A stretch of 64,000 nt of DNA, from the NCBI GenBank assembly GCA_051599415.1, contig AP039695.1, positions 496,001 through 560,000 on the forward strand. Direction: 5' to 3'. Below, in pieces: positions 23,501 to 34,326 of this stretch. The DNA is from Savitreella phatthalungensis (Eukaryota). The notes beneath the pieces are model-generated. The model saw nothing but the letters and a program-made list of their open reading frames with translations. It made no database searches and was not told the origin of the DNA. A program made the position numbers and the translations under genes. Numbering within the stretch: position 1 is the first letter of the stretch; each line of letters starts with the position of its first letter.

Positions 23501-25750
23501 GCCAGATGGCTCGGTGACAAGACCGGCATAAGCCAGGTCGGTAAAGCGATCGATGCTCTGGCGAAGGATCAGCAGGTTCCGGCTTTCGAGACCTGCATCC
23601 ACGTGCTTTTTGAGAGGATTGAGATCAAGCTCTAGCACCAGAGGCATTCGAGGGGTGTGTGCTAGTGCGCGCAGGAGCTGCGCCAGATATGCTGCTGAGT
23701 CGGCGCTGCGATCCTGACTAAATGCTTGGTTGGCGCGCGAGAGCACCTCACGGACTATGTCATCGGACACGGACGGATCCCGAAGTGCCAGCGCGATCGC
23801 CTCGCAGACCAACTTGCCATGATCAGTCGCTGGACTTGCCACTGCCCGGAGCCCTGCGACAGCCTGCATAGGATCGCTGGTACGAGAGAACGCTGACGAA
23901 AGCGACAGAAGCTCAACCAGCCATTTTCCGGCTGCATGTGACTTGCTACCGAGCAATTGGCCAAGCAACTGAGGTACAATGACCTTCAACGAGTCATGCT
24001 CAGACAAACCACGGGAAAGCTCTCGTCTCAAGGAGACATCAGAAATGAGGCGCGTGTCAAGTGCATCGTGCCAGTCCTCTTTGAAGGCGAGGACATCACT
24101 GAGAAAACTGTCGATGGGCAGACATTCTCTGTACAACAGCGTTCGGAGGAAGTCGTAAACGGCCGCTCGCTGCCTTTCGGTCGCGATCAGCCCGCTCCGC
24201 TGCTCAAGCGCGGTCAGCATGGTGGCAACAGTTGGGAGATTGTAGAAGTTCATGTCGTCGCCATCGTACATCCGATTACTGAGTCGGAATGTGTAGGGAT
24301 CAAGCGCGATGCCAGCCTCGATCAAAAGCTCGGGCGATGTCGATGACAGTGGCAGGATGGAAAGTATACGCGCCAGTGGGTCACTGAAAGCGAAAGATCG
24401 CACGAGAAGCTTGATAAGTCCCGCGGCAAATTTGGTGTTCCCTGCTTCAAGCGACCGCGTCAAGTAGTCTTGCAAGGTGTGCATGAGTTTAGCCTTGTTT
24501 TCCGGCGTGGCTCGCCTGAAAGTGATGCCGGAAAGCGCTTCGTCAGCTGCTAGCTGTGTCTCTGGATCTGTGACGACATAGTGCTGGCTGATGAGATCGC
24601 GCACAGAGTCTGGGTGCTGTATGGCGAAGTCGACGTCACTCAAAAGCAGGCCCAGACATTGGAACAAGAGCTTGTGATCAGCTTTGTCGGTCCAGTGATG
24701 CAAGAGCTCGGCCACGAGTGTGCCGGTATCCAGCTGTGTCTTTTTGACACGAGCATGCAACGCAAGAGCCTGCAAGTAGCCCAACGCTGCATCTCTAACA
24801 CGACGCGGTTGTTCGAATGCGCTTCGCAGCGTCGGCACCGCATACTCCGCTAGCTCCAAGGCTGTGTGTGAGCGTGAAAGTAACTGCAAGGTCTTCACCT
24901 GATCTGGCACGGACCGCGCTCGCCGTTCACTTTCCGTTGCTCCTGCTAGGGTATAGAGGCCTCTGGCGACTCGTGTGTCTTCTAGGACGAGCGGGCTATG
25001 CAGCCGCTGTACTTCTTGTGCAAGCTTGCGGACATCGTCGTGCAAGTCAAAGGTCGCGATGTGGACAGCGATGCATCGTGCCTCCGGCCTGATGATATTG
25101 CTCCCTAGCAGGTGGAGAGCGTTCAACTTGCCAGCTTTTAGCTGGGCAGGATTTGGAGGCGGAGAGCTGTAGATTGTGGATTCATTGGCTGGAGGCTGCA
25201 TCGACTCGTTCATGGCAGCATGGGAGAGCCACAGCAGCCGCTCAAGAGTGTCTACAAGCCAGTCTTGATCAGCTTGTGGAAGCTCGGTAGGCAGCACCGC
25301 GGCCTTTGCGTGGTCGAACGGTCTATCCTCTCTGAGGATGCATACCACAGTGCGCGTGAGCTGTAGCTGCCCTTCTGTCCCGGCCAGACTGGCTCCCTTG
25401 ACGATCAAAGGCAAGAATAGCATCGGAGAAGTCTTCAGCCGCTCCACAGCAAGCGATATGAAGCATAGATCTGCCACTTTCAGGAGAGCACTCTGGGCAT
25501 CCTGGTACTGTTGCACGAGAGCATCGATTGGCAAAACGACCTCCTTGAAGCTGTCAAGTCTGGCAACGATGGTCTTGCCGAGAACGAGTGTCTTGTGTCT
25601 GACTGGCAAGTGCGGACTCTGGAGCTTCAACAGCATAGGACATATGTATACTTTCAGGACAGCTTCTAGTTTGTCCGCTGAATCTGGTAGCACGAGCTTG
25701 AGCTCGACAGCCTCGAGTAACCTCAGCTCTCGGGCTTCGTCGGCCGACAT
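20531..25750 (-). CDS. ecm29: Proteasome adaptor Ecm29 (HEAT repeats)
   Basis: 1739 aa; N-terminal ELRLLEAVELKL...P.LLKL.SPH; IYQFLSL...AMWS.RRGAALG; LPKL..Y.HDP; RAVRVLDD..ESVR-type and LEPEFVNYL motifs. Confidence 0.92.
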   Translation of the reverse strand: MSADEARELRLLEAVELKLVLPDSADKLEAVLKVYICPMLLKLQSPHLPVRHKTLVLGKTIVARLDSFKEVVLPIDALVQQYQDAQSALLKVADLCFISLAVERLKTSPMLFLPLIVKGASLAGTEGQLQLTRTVVCILREDRPFDHAKAAVLPTELPQADQDWLVDTLERLLWLSHAAMNESMQPPANESTIYSSPPPNPAQLKAGKLNALHLLGSNIIRPEARCIAVHIATFDLHDDVRKLAQEVQRLHSPLVLEDTRVARGLYTLAGATESERRARSVPDQVKTLQLLSRSHTALELAEYAVPTLRSAFEQPRRVRDAALGYLQALALHARVKKTQLDTGTLVAELLHHWTDKADHKLLFQCLGLLLSDVDFAIQHPDSVRDLISQHYVVTDPETQLAADEALSGITFRRATPENKAKLMHTLQDYLTRSLEAGNTKFAAGLIKLLVRSFAFSDPLARILSILPLSSTSPELLIEAGIALDPYTFRLSNRMYDGDDMNFYNLPTVATMLTALEQRSGLIATERQRAAVYDFLRTLLYRECLPIDSFLSDVLAFKEDWHDALDTRLISDVSLRRELSRGLSEHDSLKVIVPQLLGQLLGSKSHAAGKWLVELLSLSSAFSRTSDPMQAVAGLRAVASPATDHGKLVCEAIALALRDPSVSDDIVREVLSRANQAFSQDRSADSAAYLAQLLRALAHTPRMPLVLELDLNPLKKHVDAGLESRNLLILRQSIDRFTDLAYAGLVTEPSGRIDLLQRLLKSQSNSLVDATLTATGYLAAAAHIGSDATSELVKAINELHTKDSLDVLLAAGETLSMLFARQQSLPMRRLMPDEVPTPGGDEALAAAYISESLLPGMAAPQRSRRKASTIWLLSLLQFLPEQSAALSAHLIKIHRSFLSVMADTDEFIADAATQGIQLVYVRADQATRDSLVTNIFSIFTSDSDAKASRGRVERDSEIFSGLSATAPASDGKENKKLSTFRDVCDLALDMGNNDMIYQFLSLSSANAMWSTRRGAALGISAMLDDNARRTVLNKDPKLYRRLLPKLFIYKHDPSKDVASSMGAMFDKLFPNEADALEQSFEIVLDELLAGINGQYERRREACCNAMTALLANGRIEKAHDRLEEIWQKAVRVLDDQQESVRTAAVALSKLLTKELLKTLEQKTSQPRDDRMLEVCLPMLFANLKSPSQDVSSFALETILAISKKAIRPLQPYLPALIEELLVMTTSLEPEFVNYLSFHAAKYNITQGQLDAARVSGVNGSPVLSAIEDCIDRLTADSIASTISRICTVVRSSQGLPTKAACARTIISICSRKAALIAPYADELLQALSGALTDSNETARAAYGAAAGYVSRHASTQKLVKLVNFLRKKYFASTDDSHEILLLSNLISGIATYAPDTFSRMHDTFMPLVFFGMHDADETNRGKFRSLWEQHTGSAATVRNFLPQVIDLIAEHISSPKWRVKRTAAATLAAVARATDLGDQLDRALELALSAMPGKVWTGKEEVLSAVAAVVKRGASRIDPERQKACILAVLAEAGRTQADYRRHALTHLASLLESCTQVDVYNEVLESLSPSLSNGISATGTTRDLDIDDERQKTPIKLVLLQRSIACIGAAYRSSGSSMEQDKRLSALSGLLAGVIESGPAWNVKSEVAKCVKRVVTTSDQLSSQNAFTLWKETIVPLITDSSYPSLREDAASTAAALATALALNDDTTIRQSIEHHMREIERAEGNSVVKAFLRKVHFV

Positions 25751-26089
25751 GCCTGCCGACTGACAACAAGGTGAACTAGGAAGAAGTATCTATAAGCGTA
25801 TAGGCCATGGTAGAGTATGAAAGGCTGATGAAGCTTTAAGGGTGTGATTACGCGTCCTGCATCCGGCCACTTTAAGCTTTGATTGTGCATGTGACATCAG
25901 TGCTTTCAATCTCTCTAATTTATACACACGTACGCACACATACCGTACGTATGCACAGGCAACACAGTCTGAGCTCGAGCAGAAACACATACGTAACACG
26001 ACAAGTGGCACACGACCGATTCTCTAGGCTAAGAGAAGCATACGACATCAGGCTACAGTGTTCTTCTCAGTCGATCCACGCTATAGAAG

Positions 26090-27424
26090 ATGGATTCGCT
26101 GCTTAGGATCCTCGGCAAGCTGGAGTCATGGCTGGACAATAGCGTGATTCCATGGAAGCCTCTTGTGATTGGCTTCACGCTGGCGCAGTTCTCACTCGAG
26201 CAGTTCCTGCTTCTGCGGCAGTACAGGAAGCTTCAGGCTACGAAAGTGCCTGCAACGCTTGCAGGCGAGATTGACCAGGACACATTCGACCGGAGTCAGG
26301 CGTACGGTCGAGCAAAGGCACGTTTCACTTTCGTGTCGAGCACGTATGCGCTGGCTCAAAATCTCGCCATCCTTTACTTCGACGCTCTCCCGAAGCTTTG
26401 GTATTGGGCTGGCAAAGTCATCGGCCTGTATGCTCCGCTTCGATTCTCCGGTGTCATCTCTCAATCGGTCGTGTTCTCCTTCTCCTGGCTCTGGGCATCT
26501 ACACTGGTGAACCTGCCGACCGCTCTGTACATGCCTTTTGTACTCGAAGAGAAGTTTGGGTTCAACAAACAGACTTTCCGACTATTCTGGACTGACTTGG
26601 TCAAGGGACAGCTGCTGGGTCTCGCTATTGGCGCTCCTATACTCGCCGCATTCCTGAAGATTGTGGACTACTTTGGCAAGAGTTTCTTCGTGTACTTGTG
26701 GCTGTTCTTCTTGGGATTCCAGGTGGTCATGATCACAATCTACCCGATCTTCATCCAGCCACTCTTCAACAAACTCGAGCCCCTCCCTGAAGGATCCCTC
26801 CGCTCGAGCGTCAACGCGCTCGCTGAGAAGCTCAAGTTCCCACTCAAGCACCTGTACCAAATCGACGGCAGCAAGCGGAGCGCTCACAGCAACGCCTACT
26901 TCTACGGCCTTCCCTGGGCAAAGCACATTGTCCTTTTTGACACCTTAATGGAGCACACGAGCGAGGATCAGATTGTCGCTGTGCTTGCTCACGAGCTCGG
27001 ACACTGGAAGCTGTCACACACATCTCGACTGCTGGCTATCTCTCAGGTTCACCTGTTTGCCGTGTTTGCTTTGTTCTCGGCCTTCATCAACAATCGGAGC
27101 GTCTACCGATCGTTCGGGTTCCCTCCTGGAGCGATGCCTATCGTTGTCGGATTCTTCCTGTACAATGAGATCCTGCAGCCGGTGGACGCTGTCCTGCAGC
27201 TGGCGATGAACATGCTCTCAAGGAAGCACGAGTACGAGGCGGATGCGTTTGCGAAGGATCTCGGCAAGGGGGATGAGCTCTGCCAGGCGCTTGTAAAGCT
27301 ACAGGTGAAGAACTTGTCGACCATGGATCCTGATCCCTGGTTCTCTGCATACCACCATTCACACCCAACGTTGACAGAGCGTCTGCGTGCCGTCGGCTAC
27401 AAGGCCGGCGAAAAGAAGAAGTAG
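26090..27424 (+). CDS. ste24: CAAX prenyl protease 1 (M48 zinc metalloprotease)
   Basis: HEXXH (AHELGHW), DGSKRSAHSNAYFYG, EEKFGFNKQT, EYEADAFA and HHSHP.L.ERL; C-terminal EKKK dilysine signal. Confidence 0.97.
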   Translation: MDSLLRILGKLESWLDNSVIPWKPLVIGFTLAQFSLEQFLLLRQYRKLQATKVPATLAGEIDQDTFDRSQAYGRAKARFTFVSSTYALAQNLAILYFDALPKLWYWAGKVIGLYAPLRFSGVISQSVVFSFSWLWASTLVNLPTALYMPFVLEEKFGFNKQTFRLFWTDLVKGQLLGLAIGAPILAAFLKIVDYFGKSFFVYLWLFFLGFQVVMITIYPIFIQPLFNKLEPLPEGSLRSSVNALAEKLKFPLKHLYQIDGSKRSAHSNAYFYGLPWAKHIVLFDTLMEHTSEDQIVAVLAHELGHWKLSHTSRLLAISQVHLFAVFALFSAFINNRSVYRSFGFPPGAMPIVVGFFLYNEILQPVDAVLQLAMNMLSRKHEYEADAFAKDLGKGDELCQALVKLQVKNLSTMDPDPWFSAYHHSHPTLTERLRAVGYKAGEKKK

Positions 27425-27609
27425 ACCCGCACGTACAAGAAAAATTATAGAGCACGTTTACAGGTGATGGAACAAACAGAATTATCACCAGCGCGGCATG
27501 ACGTTTTGGAGATATGATATATCTGCCTAAATGGCTATGCTAGCTCGAAGTGTTTCGGTGGTCGATAATCGTGCCGCTATGACGGAGATGAGACCAAGGA
27601 GAGAGCTGA

Positions 27610-28233
27610 TTAGAGCTCTGTATGGAAGGGCTCGTCGAGAGGTAGTTCTCCAGACTTTGCAATTGTGATTGCGACCTTGGGCTTGTCGCCTGGACCTTTG
27701 TCCGTCTTCTCGATCTTGGAGACGACATCCATGCCTTCGAGCACTTCGCCAAAGACGACGTGACGGCCGTCTAGCCAGGAGGTGACGACTGTTGTGATGA
27801 AAAACTGGGAGCCGTTTGTGTCCTTGCCTGCGTTGGCCATCGACAAGAGTCCGGGCCTGGTGTGGCGGAGCTTGAAGTTCTCGTCTGCAAACTTGGCGCC
27901 GTAGATCGATTTGCCGCCTGTGCCGTCACCGTTCGTGAAGTCGCCGCCCTGGATCATGAACTGCGCAATCACGCGGTGGAAGCTTGATCCCTCGTAGCCA
28001 AAACCCTTCTCTCCGGTCGCAAGAGCACGGAAGTTTTCGGCTGTCTTCGGGACAGTTTTGCCGTAAAGACCCATGGTGACTCGACCGAGCGACTGACCGC
28101 CCTGCTCGATGTCGAAGTACACTTTGGTCGTGATCAAGGGACCTTTGCCGCCGGAGGACTCTGCAGCTGACGATCCTCTGGCCATGGCGAGGAAGAGAGC
28201 GAAGAACCAGGTCGCGAATTGAGCGAGCTGCAT
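27610..28233 (-). CDS. cypB: ER peptidyl-prolyl isomerase, cyclophilin B
   Basis: Signal peptide, [40 protein letters not shown] and [11 protein letters not shown]-terminal HTEL (HDEL-like). Confidence 0.95.
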   Translation of the reverse strand: MQLAQFATWFFALFLAMARGSSAAESSGGKGPLITTKVYFDIEQGGQSLGRVTMGLYGKTVPKTAENFRALATGEKGFGYEGSSFHRVIAQFMIQGGDFTNGDGTGGKSIYGAKFADENFKLRHTRPGLLSMANAGKDTNGSQFFITTVVTSWLDGRHVVFGEVLEGMDVVSKIEKTDKGPGDKPKVAITIAKSGELPLDEPFHTEL

Positions 28234-30527
28234 CTTGTAGAGAGGTGGATCGATGCTTTACTTATTTGTCGATCGAGATTACCGCACGAGGATGGCACTG
28301 ACCTGTGAGCCTTGGTGACCTTGGTTCTAGAACCGAGATAACAATGCGAGGTTGGTAAGGGAGCAGGCGTGAACGTGCTCTTGAGCTTCTTCACGAGCAG
28401 ATTCGTTTGGATGGAGGATTGTCAGCGTAGCGTGCTTTGCTCCTTGGCCGTCTGAATGTGTCTTGGAAGAGTCCACGCGAGGTCAACTTGGCTGGCTGAT
28501 GAGATCAAGTCGAGCTCGAGGCGAGATGAAATTGAAATGAGGTCAGATGCGGAGCAGGCGCGAGTCACAAGTGACGTCGGTCGTGGATGAGAGACTTGCT
28601 TCCGAACAAATTACTAAGGTCTCCAATAGGGAATCCTGACACCAATCCGCGATGATCGACAATGGTCATTGCGAGAGCATGAACGAAGCTCGACATCCTC
28701 GAGCGATTGTGGGCATAGACAGTCAGTCCAAGGGAGCAGAGCAGAGTGACCCACTAGCCTAGGTGCGGTTGTGCGCGCGTGCGAGCCTGCATTCTGCCTG
28801 CATATTGAGAGTACGAACCTGCAACGTGGAGGCAAGTCGGCGAGACGATCGCATGGGAGAGAATCGATGTGATCTGGCCTGAATTAGATTCGAGTGGGTT
28901 CCGATCAAATTTAACCAGAAGGACAATCAAATTTGCCAAAGAACTTGCGTGGAAGTGTGCACGTGTATCCTCATGAGGCGTAAAACCTACATGCTCAACA
29001 ACATCTGTAGTCATGCTCGCACGCCAGGAAGATACAGTAGATGGATGTGCTCCATGATGCATGCCACATGACTGGATTATACGACTGATGACGAATGACA
29101 TTTTCTTGTTTCGAGCCTGTCGCCGCGTTAAGACAATTCTGTCGCCACCTTGAACATGCGATCTCAATATGCTTGCCATCTCATGCCACATGCTGAGTCA
29201 TTCGGACGCATGAAGCTCACGTGAGTCTTCGACCGACAACAAAGCTTGCTGCAGACATGTTTCAGGTAAGCCGTCTGTCTTACCACACACGGGTGGGTCA
29301 AAGTATAAAGCCTTTTTGGAAAGCCCATGAACGATCTTCGATCGGGTCATTCTCAGATTGGTCTCTCTTACCCTCGGGCCGCCGTTGCCACCGCTGAGGA
29401 CTATGTCCATATGTAATGCAATATCGAGAGTTCCAGGGCATCCTGACTTGTTTTGGCTATGGCTTCTGTTATTCCACTCCGTCAAGAGGAGGCACGTTTG
29501 CAGTTGCAGACGGAAGGGTCAGAGAGTTTGCACCAACAGTACCGGAGCTTCCGAACGACAAAGATCCGGCAGGGATAGGAGTGACTGCACGATCAGAAGA
29601 AGGTGGAGCAGGAAGAAAGTGAGTGACGTCCTGTGGCAGACGTGAATTCTCTCGATGCAGCTACTTCTCTACACACCTTCATCGCCCTTAGAAACCCCGG
29701 TACTCCTGGTGCATGATCTCTAGAACTTCCGTCTGCCACTGCAGACACGCCTCCTCTTGATGAGGACAACTCTCTCTTTTTCTTCCTTCGCCCTCGGCGA
29801 CTAAACTTCGTTTCCTCCAGAGCGCCGTCCTGCGAGCCCTATTTGGCCGGGCGTCTCTCCTGCAGCTTATCAATTCATCAATCCTTCGAGCGAGTGGCAG
29901 CGCAAGGCTCTCTACTGTCCTTGAATGGCTTTCTCGTGTATTCCGATGTGCAACGTTCTTGACCACGTGCATTCTGAAGTACGGTGGCGTGGCCGAGCAC
30001 GTCTATACATATGTGCTTGAAAAGGGGGTAAGTATGAACACTCAACCTCGGACACTCTGGAACATGCTTTGCCCGTAGTCTCGATCTCAGAATCACGACA
30101 TGCCTCGTCATGTGTCTTGAAGAGATCCCATTGTTCGTCTGGTCTACTCTTCTGAGGGAACAGATGAGACACCTCTGAAACACTCAGGTATGGTGATCTG
30201 TCTTGAGTAATAGCACCACCATGGCGCCATATCAATCGGACATTCACACTAGCATATGTGACTTCAACCCCAGCCCCGGTCAATGTTGTCGTTTTACTTT
30301 ACACAAGGTCTAGAAGGCAATCTCCGGGACAATCATTGGGATCGTGAGCCACATGGACCACACGTTCGAATGAGCTCGAGACACATGAGCATACCACTTG
30401 AGAAACGCGGACTATCGCATCGTGATATCGCCCCGGACTACACATATATACTATCGACTATGAAGACCCTTCCGTGGCAACATCGCCTTCTCTGTAGAGC
30501 TCATCTTGCCACGGAGTGCTTGCTCGG

Positions 30528-32207
30528 ATGAATTCGATGGACGGCACCAAGGAGGCCCGGATGACACGGTGGCAGCGGATTGTCCATCTCAGACGCGTTC
30601 TCGTTCTTGCGTTGCTCGCTTCGTTTTCAGGCTTGCTGGTGGGCATCGACCTGGGCATTCTATCAGGACTGTTCGCCATCAAAGCGTTCCAAAACGCCTT
30701 CCACCTGAGACCCGGCACTCACGAGTTCTCTGTCAAGACAGGCAACATTGCAGCTGCTGTTTTCGCAGGCGCAATCCCAGGTGCCGCAAGCTCTTACTGG
30801 ATCTCCGAGAGGTGGGGTCGGCGAGGAGGCGTGCTCATCGGATTGTCCATCTCACTTGTGGGGATCACCTTGCAGACTGTGTCTGGGGTCCATTCAAGCT
30901 CGCTCATGACACTGTACGTCGGCCGGGGCATCTCGGGCTGGGGAGTCACGGTAGCTCTTGTGTGTCTTCCTGCCCTGTTGGCCGAGCACGCGGACAAGCG
31001 TCATCGAGGACGGTTGACCGCAGTCACGCAAGTGTCGGTCGCCAGCGGTCTCGCACTCGCGACCATCACGAATTGGATCTGTGGGTCGGTGTTTGACGCG
31101 GAAGATAACAAGACTTGGCGACTCCCGTTCGGACTACAACTGCTACCTGCCGTTCTCGCCATCGCAGGACTGTCGTTCCAGTACGAGACGCCTCGGTGGC
31201 TAATCCAGAAAGGTCGTAATGCTGAAGGTCTGCAGTCGCTGTCGTTTATGCGAAACCTTCCAGACTCTGATCCGAGTGTTCAAGCTGAGTTTCAAGAAAT
31301 ACTGGATGATATCCGTGGAGAAACGCAAGAGACATTCAAAGATCAGGTGAAAAACATCTTCTCGTCAAAGGAGCTACTCTACCGATACATTGTGGTGGTC
31401 GCAGTCAGCGTAGCTCAACAGAGCTCCGCCAGCAACGTAGTCAACTCTTTTGGAAGCTCGCTGTTTAAGAGCTTCGGGCTTCGTCGACAGGAAGACCAGT
31501 TGATGGCGATGGCGATGTACGGAATCGCGAAAGTGATTTTTACTGTGGCGTGGCTTTTTTTGTCAATCGAGTCACTCGGACGGAAATATTCACTGACGCT
31601 CGGAGCGTTGATCTCCTCGATGGCGATGGTGGTGATGAGCGCACAGCTTAAGCGAGCCGACTACGCGGAGAAGGCTCATGCACACGATCCTATCAGGCCG
31701 CTGAATGTGGCGGCGATCGCTTCCCTGTACATTTGGAATCTCGGCTACTCGTTGGGCTACGGCCCAATCATGTGGGTCGTCGTCAACGAGACCGCGACCA
31801 ACAAGACACGTGCCTTCATGACAGCTTCCGCCGTCACAATCAACCAAGGGATCGCGCTGACAGTCGTGAAGACCTGGCCGCTGTTAAGGGATGCTTGGCA
31901 TTGGGGCGCTGCGGCTTTCTATGCGGGTATGTGTCTGCTTGCTGCAATTATCGCAGCCGTGCTCGTTCCAGAGTTGGCAGGAGTACCGCTTGAACGCTCG
32001 TCGGAGCTTTTCAAGGGTGGCTTTCGGGACATGCTGGTTGGCTCACTCATGGACAATATTCCATCACGCCAGCGAGCACGCATTTTCCGCAAGCAGCTCG
32101 CCAAGGAGGATGCAAGCAGAAATGCAGGCATTACACTCACTGACGGAGAAAACAGCACAGAGACTGTGACAGAGAAGACCCTGTACGAGTCTATCAATGA
32201 GCATTAG
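30528..32207 (+). CDS. MFS sugar-porter family transporter
   Basis: First ATG at 30528. ERWGRR, GRGISG, E.A....RG.L, WRLPFGLQ, ETPRWL, ESLGRK, GPI.W....E and VPELAGVPLE sugar-porter motifs; about 12 TM segments. Substrate unknown. Confidence 0.9.
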   Translation: MNSMDGTKEARMTRWQRIVHLRRVLVLALLASFSGLLVGIDLGILSGLFAIKAFQNAFHLRPGTHEFSVKTGNIAAAVFAGAIPGAASSYWISERWGRRGGVLIGLSISLVGITLQTVSGVHSSSLMTLYVGRGISGWGVTVALVCLPALLAEHADKRHRGRLTAVTQVSVASGLALATITNWICGSVFDAEDNKTWRLPFGLQLLPAVLAIAGLSFQYETPRWLIQKGRNAEGLQSLSFMRNLPDSDPSVQAEFQEILDDIRGETQETFKDQVKNIFSSKELLYRYIVVVAVSVAQQSSASNVVNSFGSSLFKSFGLRRQEDQLMAMAMYGIAKVIFTVAWLFLSIESLGRKYSLTLGALISSMAMVVMSAQLKRADYAEKAHAHDPIRPLNVAAIASLYIWNLGYSLGYGPIMWVVVNETATNKTRAFMTASAVTINQGIALTVVKTWPLLRDAWHWGAAAFYAGMCLLAAIIAAVLVPELAGVPLERSSELFKGGFRDMLVGSLMDNIPSRQRARIFRKQLAKEDASRNAGITLTDGENSTETVTEKTLYESINEH

Positions 32208-32537
32208 ATCGACTTCATCATAGACCTGATCTTCGAAAGCTTAATTCACATGCTTCCAAACCCGTTTGGGAAATCTGCCAGGTGAAATTTACATTTTTTG
32301 ACAGCTTGCGATGTGATTGGTAGATAGGCGAGAAGGTCTATGAAGGAACGTCATTGGCATGCATTCACCGCCAAGCGGAACCTTGCGTCCAAAGGCGGAA
32401 TCCCGTCCAAGCCCGGCCGAGTCTCCGGCCGAAGGTAGCGTACAGGAAGTTTTAGCAGTCCCCAAGACGTCGAAGACTCAAGAAGAACTGCGACTTGATC
32501 ACTTTCTTCTCTCTATCCTTTCTTTGCGAAGTTGACC

Positions 32538-34115
32538 ATGTCGCAGACCAACACATCTGTTGGAGAGAACCCTCCTCCGACGCCTGCGAATGCAACGATG
32601 CTGCAGGCGTTCGAGTGGTACACCCCTGGTGGTGGGAAACACTGGAGCACGCTGTCGCGCAAGGTTGATGAGCTTGCAGGGATGGGTATCTCGGCGATGT
32701 GGATCCCTCCTGCGTGCAAGGCGAGTGGCCAGGAGGGTAACGGGTACGACATCTACGACCTGTGGGACTTGGGCGAGTTTGACCAGAAGGGCGGGAGGTC
32801 TACCAAGTGGGGTCCGAAATCCGACCTGGACGAGCTGGTGAGGAAGGCACGAGACGCAAACGTTCTCCTCTACTTCGACGCAGTCCTCAACCACAAGGCA
32901 GGCGCAGACACTACCCAGAAGTGCAAGGTCCGCGAAGTCGACAACGACGACCGCAACAAATTCGTCTCTGACGTGTACGAGATCGACGGCTGGCTCGGTT
33001 TTGACTTCCCCGGCCGCGGTGACAAGTACAGCAAGATGAAGTGGGGATGGCAGCATTTTACGGGCACTGACTGGGACCAGCGTAATGAGCGGAAGGCGAT
33101 TTTCAAGATCCAGGGTGATGGAAAGACGTGGGCGGACGATGTGGATGGGGAGAAGGGTTCTTTTGATTACTTGATGTTTGCCGATATTGACCACGCACAT
33201 CCGGAGGTCGCAGACGATATCAAGAAGTGGGGTGCTTGGGTGTCGCGCGAGTGCCACCTCTCAGGATTCAGATTCGACGCCGTCAAGCACTTCAGCGAGA
33301 GCTTCCTCCAAGAATTCATCGACCACGTCCAGCGTGCCCACTCAAAGGACCACCCGGACGTATCCGGTGGGGAAGACGGCCCATCGAAGGACCTCTTCTG
33401 CGTTGGAGAGTTCTGGAAAGACTCGCTTGAGGACATGATTGCCTATCTGGACAAAATGAACCGGAAGTTCAGCCTGTTTGACGCTCCGCTCGTTTACAAC
33501 TTTGGGGAGATCTCGTCAACGGAGCGCGGTGACCTCCGCAAGGTTTTTGACGGGTCACTCGTACAGCGTGAACCAGTCAACGCCTGCACACTCGTCACCA
33601 ACCACGACACCCAGAACGGCCAGGCGCTGGCGGTCCCGATGGGCGACTGGTTCAAGCCGCTCGCATACGCGCTCATCCTCCTCCGCGGCGAGGGGTACCC
33701 GTGCGTGTTCTGGGGTGATCTGGTAGGGACGGCTGGTCCGGATGAAGGAAAGACGGGCGCGGTTCTGGAAGGCAAGTTGGGATTGCTCGTTCGGGCGAGA
33801 CAGGAGCATGCGTATGGCCAGCAGGACGACTACTTCTCCGAGGCAAACGCACTCGGCTGGGTTCGTCGTGGCACGCACGATTTCCCAAGAGGTCTCGCAG
33901 TCGTCATCTCCAACGCAGGACCAGCGACCATCAACATGGACGTCGGCGCTCTCCACGCCGGACAGAAATGGGTCGACATCCTCTCCCGACACGGTCTTTA
34001 CGACAACGAGGAACGTGCAGTCACAATCGGCGACGACGGCCGTGCTGACTTTACCTGTCCTGGTGTTGGCATTGCGGTGTTTGTGCGGGAAGACGCAGAG
34101 ATTCTCAAGGTTTGA
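32538..34115 (+). CDS. Intracellular alpha-amylase, GH13 (bacterial-type/fungal GH13_5-like)
   Basis: ATG 32538, no signal peptide. TMLQAFEWY, NGYDIYDLWDLGEFDQKG, DAVLNHKAGAD and DYLMFADID; catalytic FRFDAVKH, VGEFW and NHDTQ; GYPCVFWGD. Confidence 0.93.
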   Translation: MSQTNTSVGENPPPTPANATMLQAFEWYTPGGGKHWSTLSRKVDELAGMGISAMWIPPACKASGQEGNGYDIYDLWDLGEFDQKGGRSTKWGPKSDLDELVRKARDANVLLYFDAVLNHKAGADTTQKCKVREVDNDDRNKFVSDVYEIDGWLGFDFPGRGDKYSKMKWGWQHFTGTDWDQRNERKAIFKIQGDGKTWADDVDGEKGSFDYLMFADIDHAHPEVADDIKKWGAWVSRECHLSGFRFDAVKHFSESFLQEFIDHVQRAHSKDHPDVSGGEDGPSKDLFCVGEFWKDSLEDMIAYLDKMNRKFSLFDAPLVYNFGEISSTERGDLRKVFDGSLVQREPVNACTLVTNHDTQNGQALAVPMGDWFKPLAYALILLRGEGYPCVFWGDLVGTAGPDEGKTGAVLEGKLGLLVRARQEHAYGQQDDYFSEANALGWVRRGTHDFPRGLAVVISNAGPATINMDVGALHAGQKWVDILSRHGLYDNEERAVTIGDDGRADFTCPGVGIAVFVREDAEILKV

Positions 34116-34326
34116 GAAAAATCAGTGGTCATTGCATACCATAGATAAGGTGCACATGTGGCATCATGTGCTCACCTCATTCACCCATTCACTCCAAGGC
34201 TAGATAGAGATATATGATAAATGATACAAGGAACGCCGATGTGCTAGCTTAAGGGAGTTTGAAAGCGAAAGGGGGAACCGGTGAGGGATGTGAAGTGGGA
34301 GTTTCTTTCTAGTTAGATTCTGAGAC

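Noticed and set aside
32499..33257. 252-aa antisense ORF over the amylase, and similar long antisense ORFs elsewhere
   Set aside because: Shadow frames expected from GC-rich codon bias, with no recognisable motifs.
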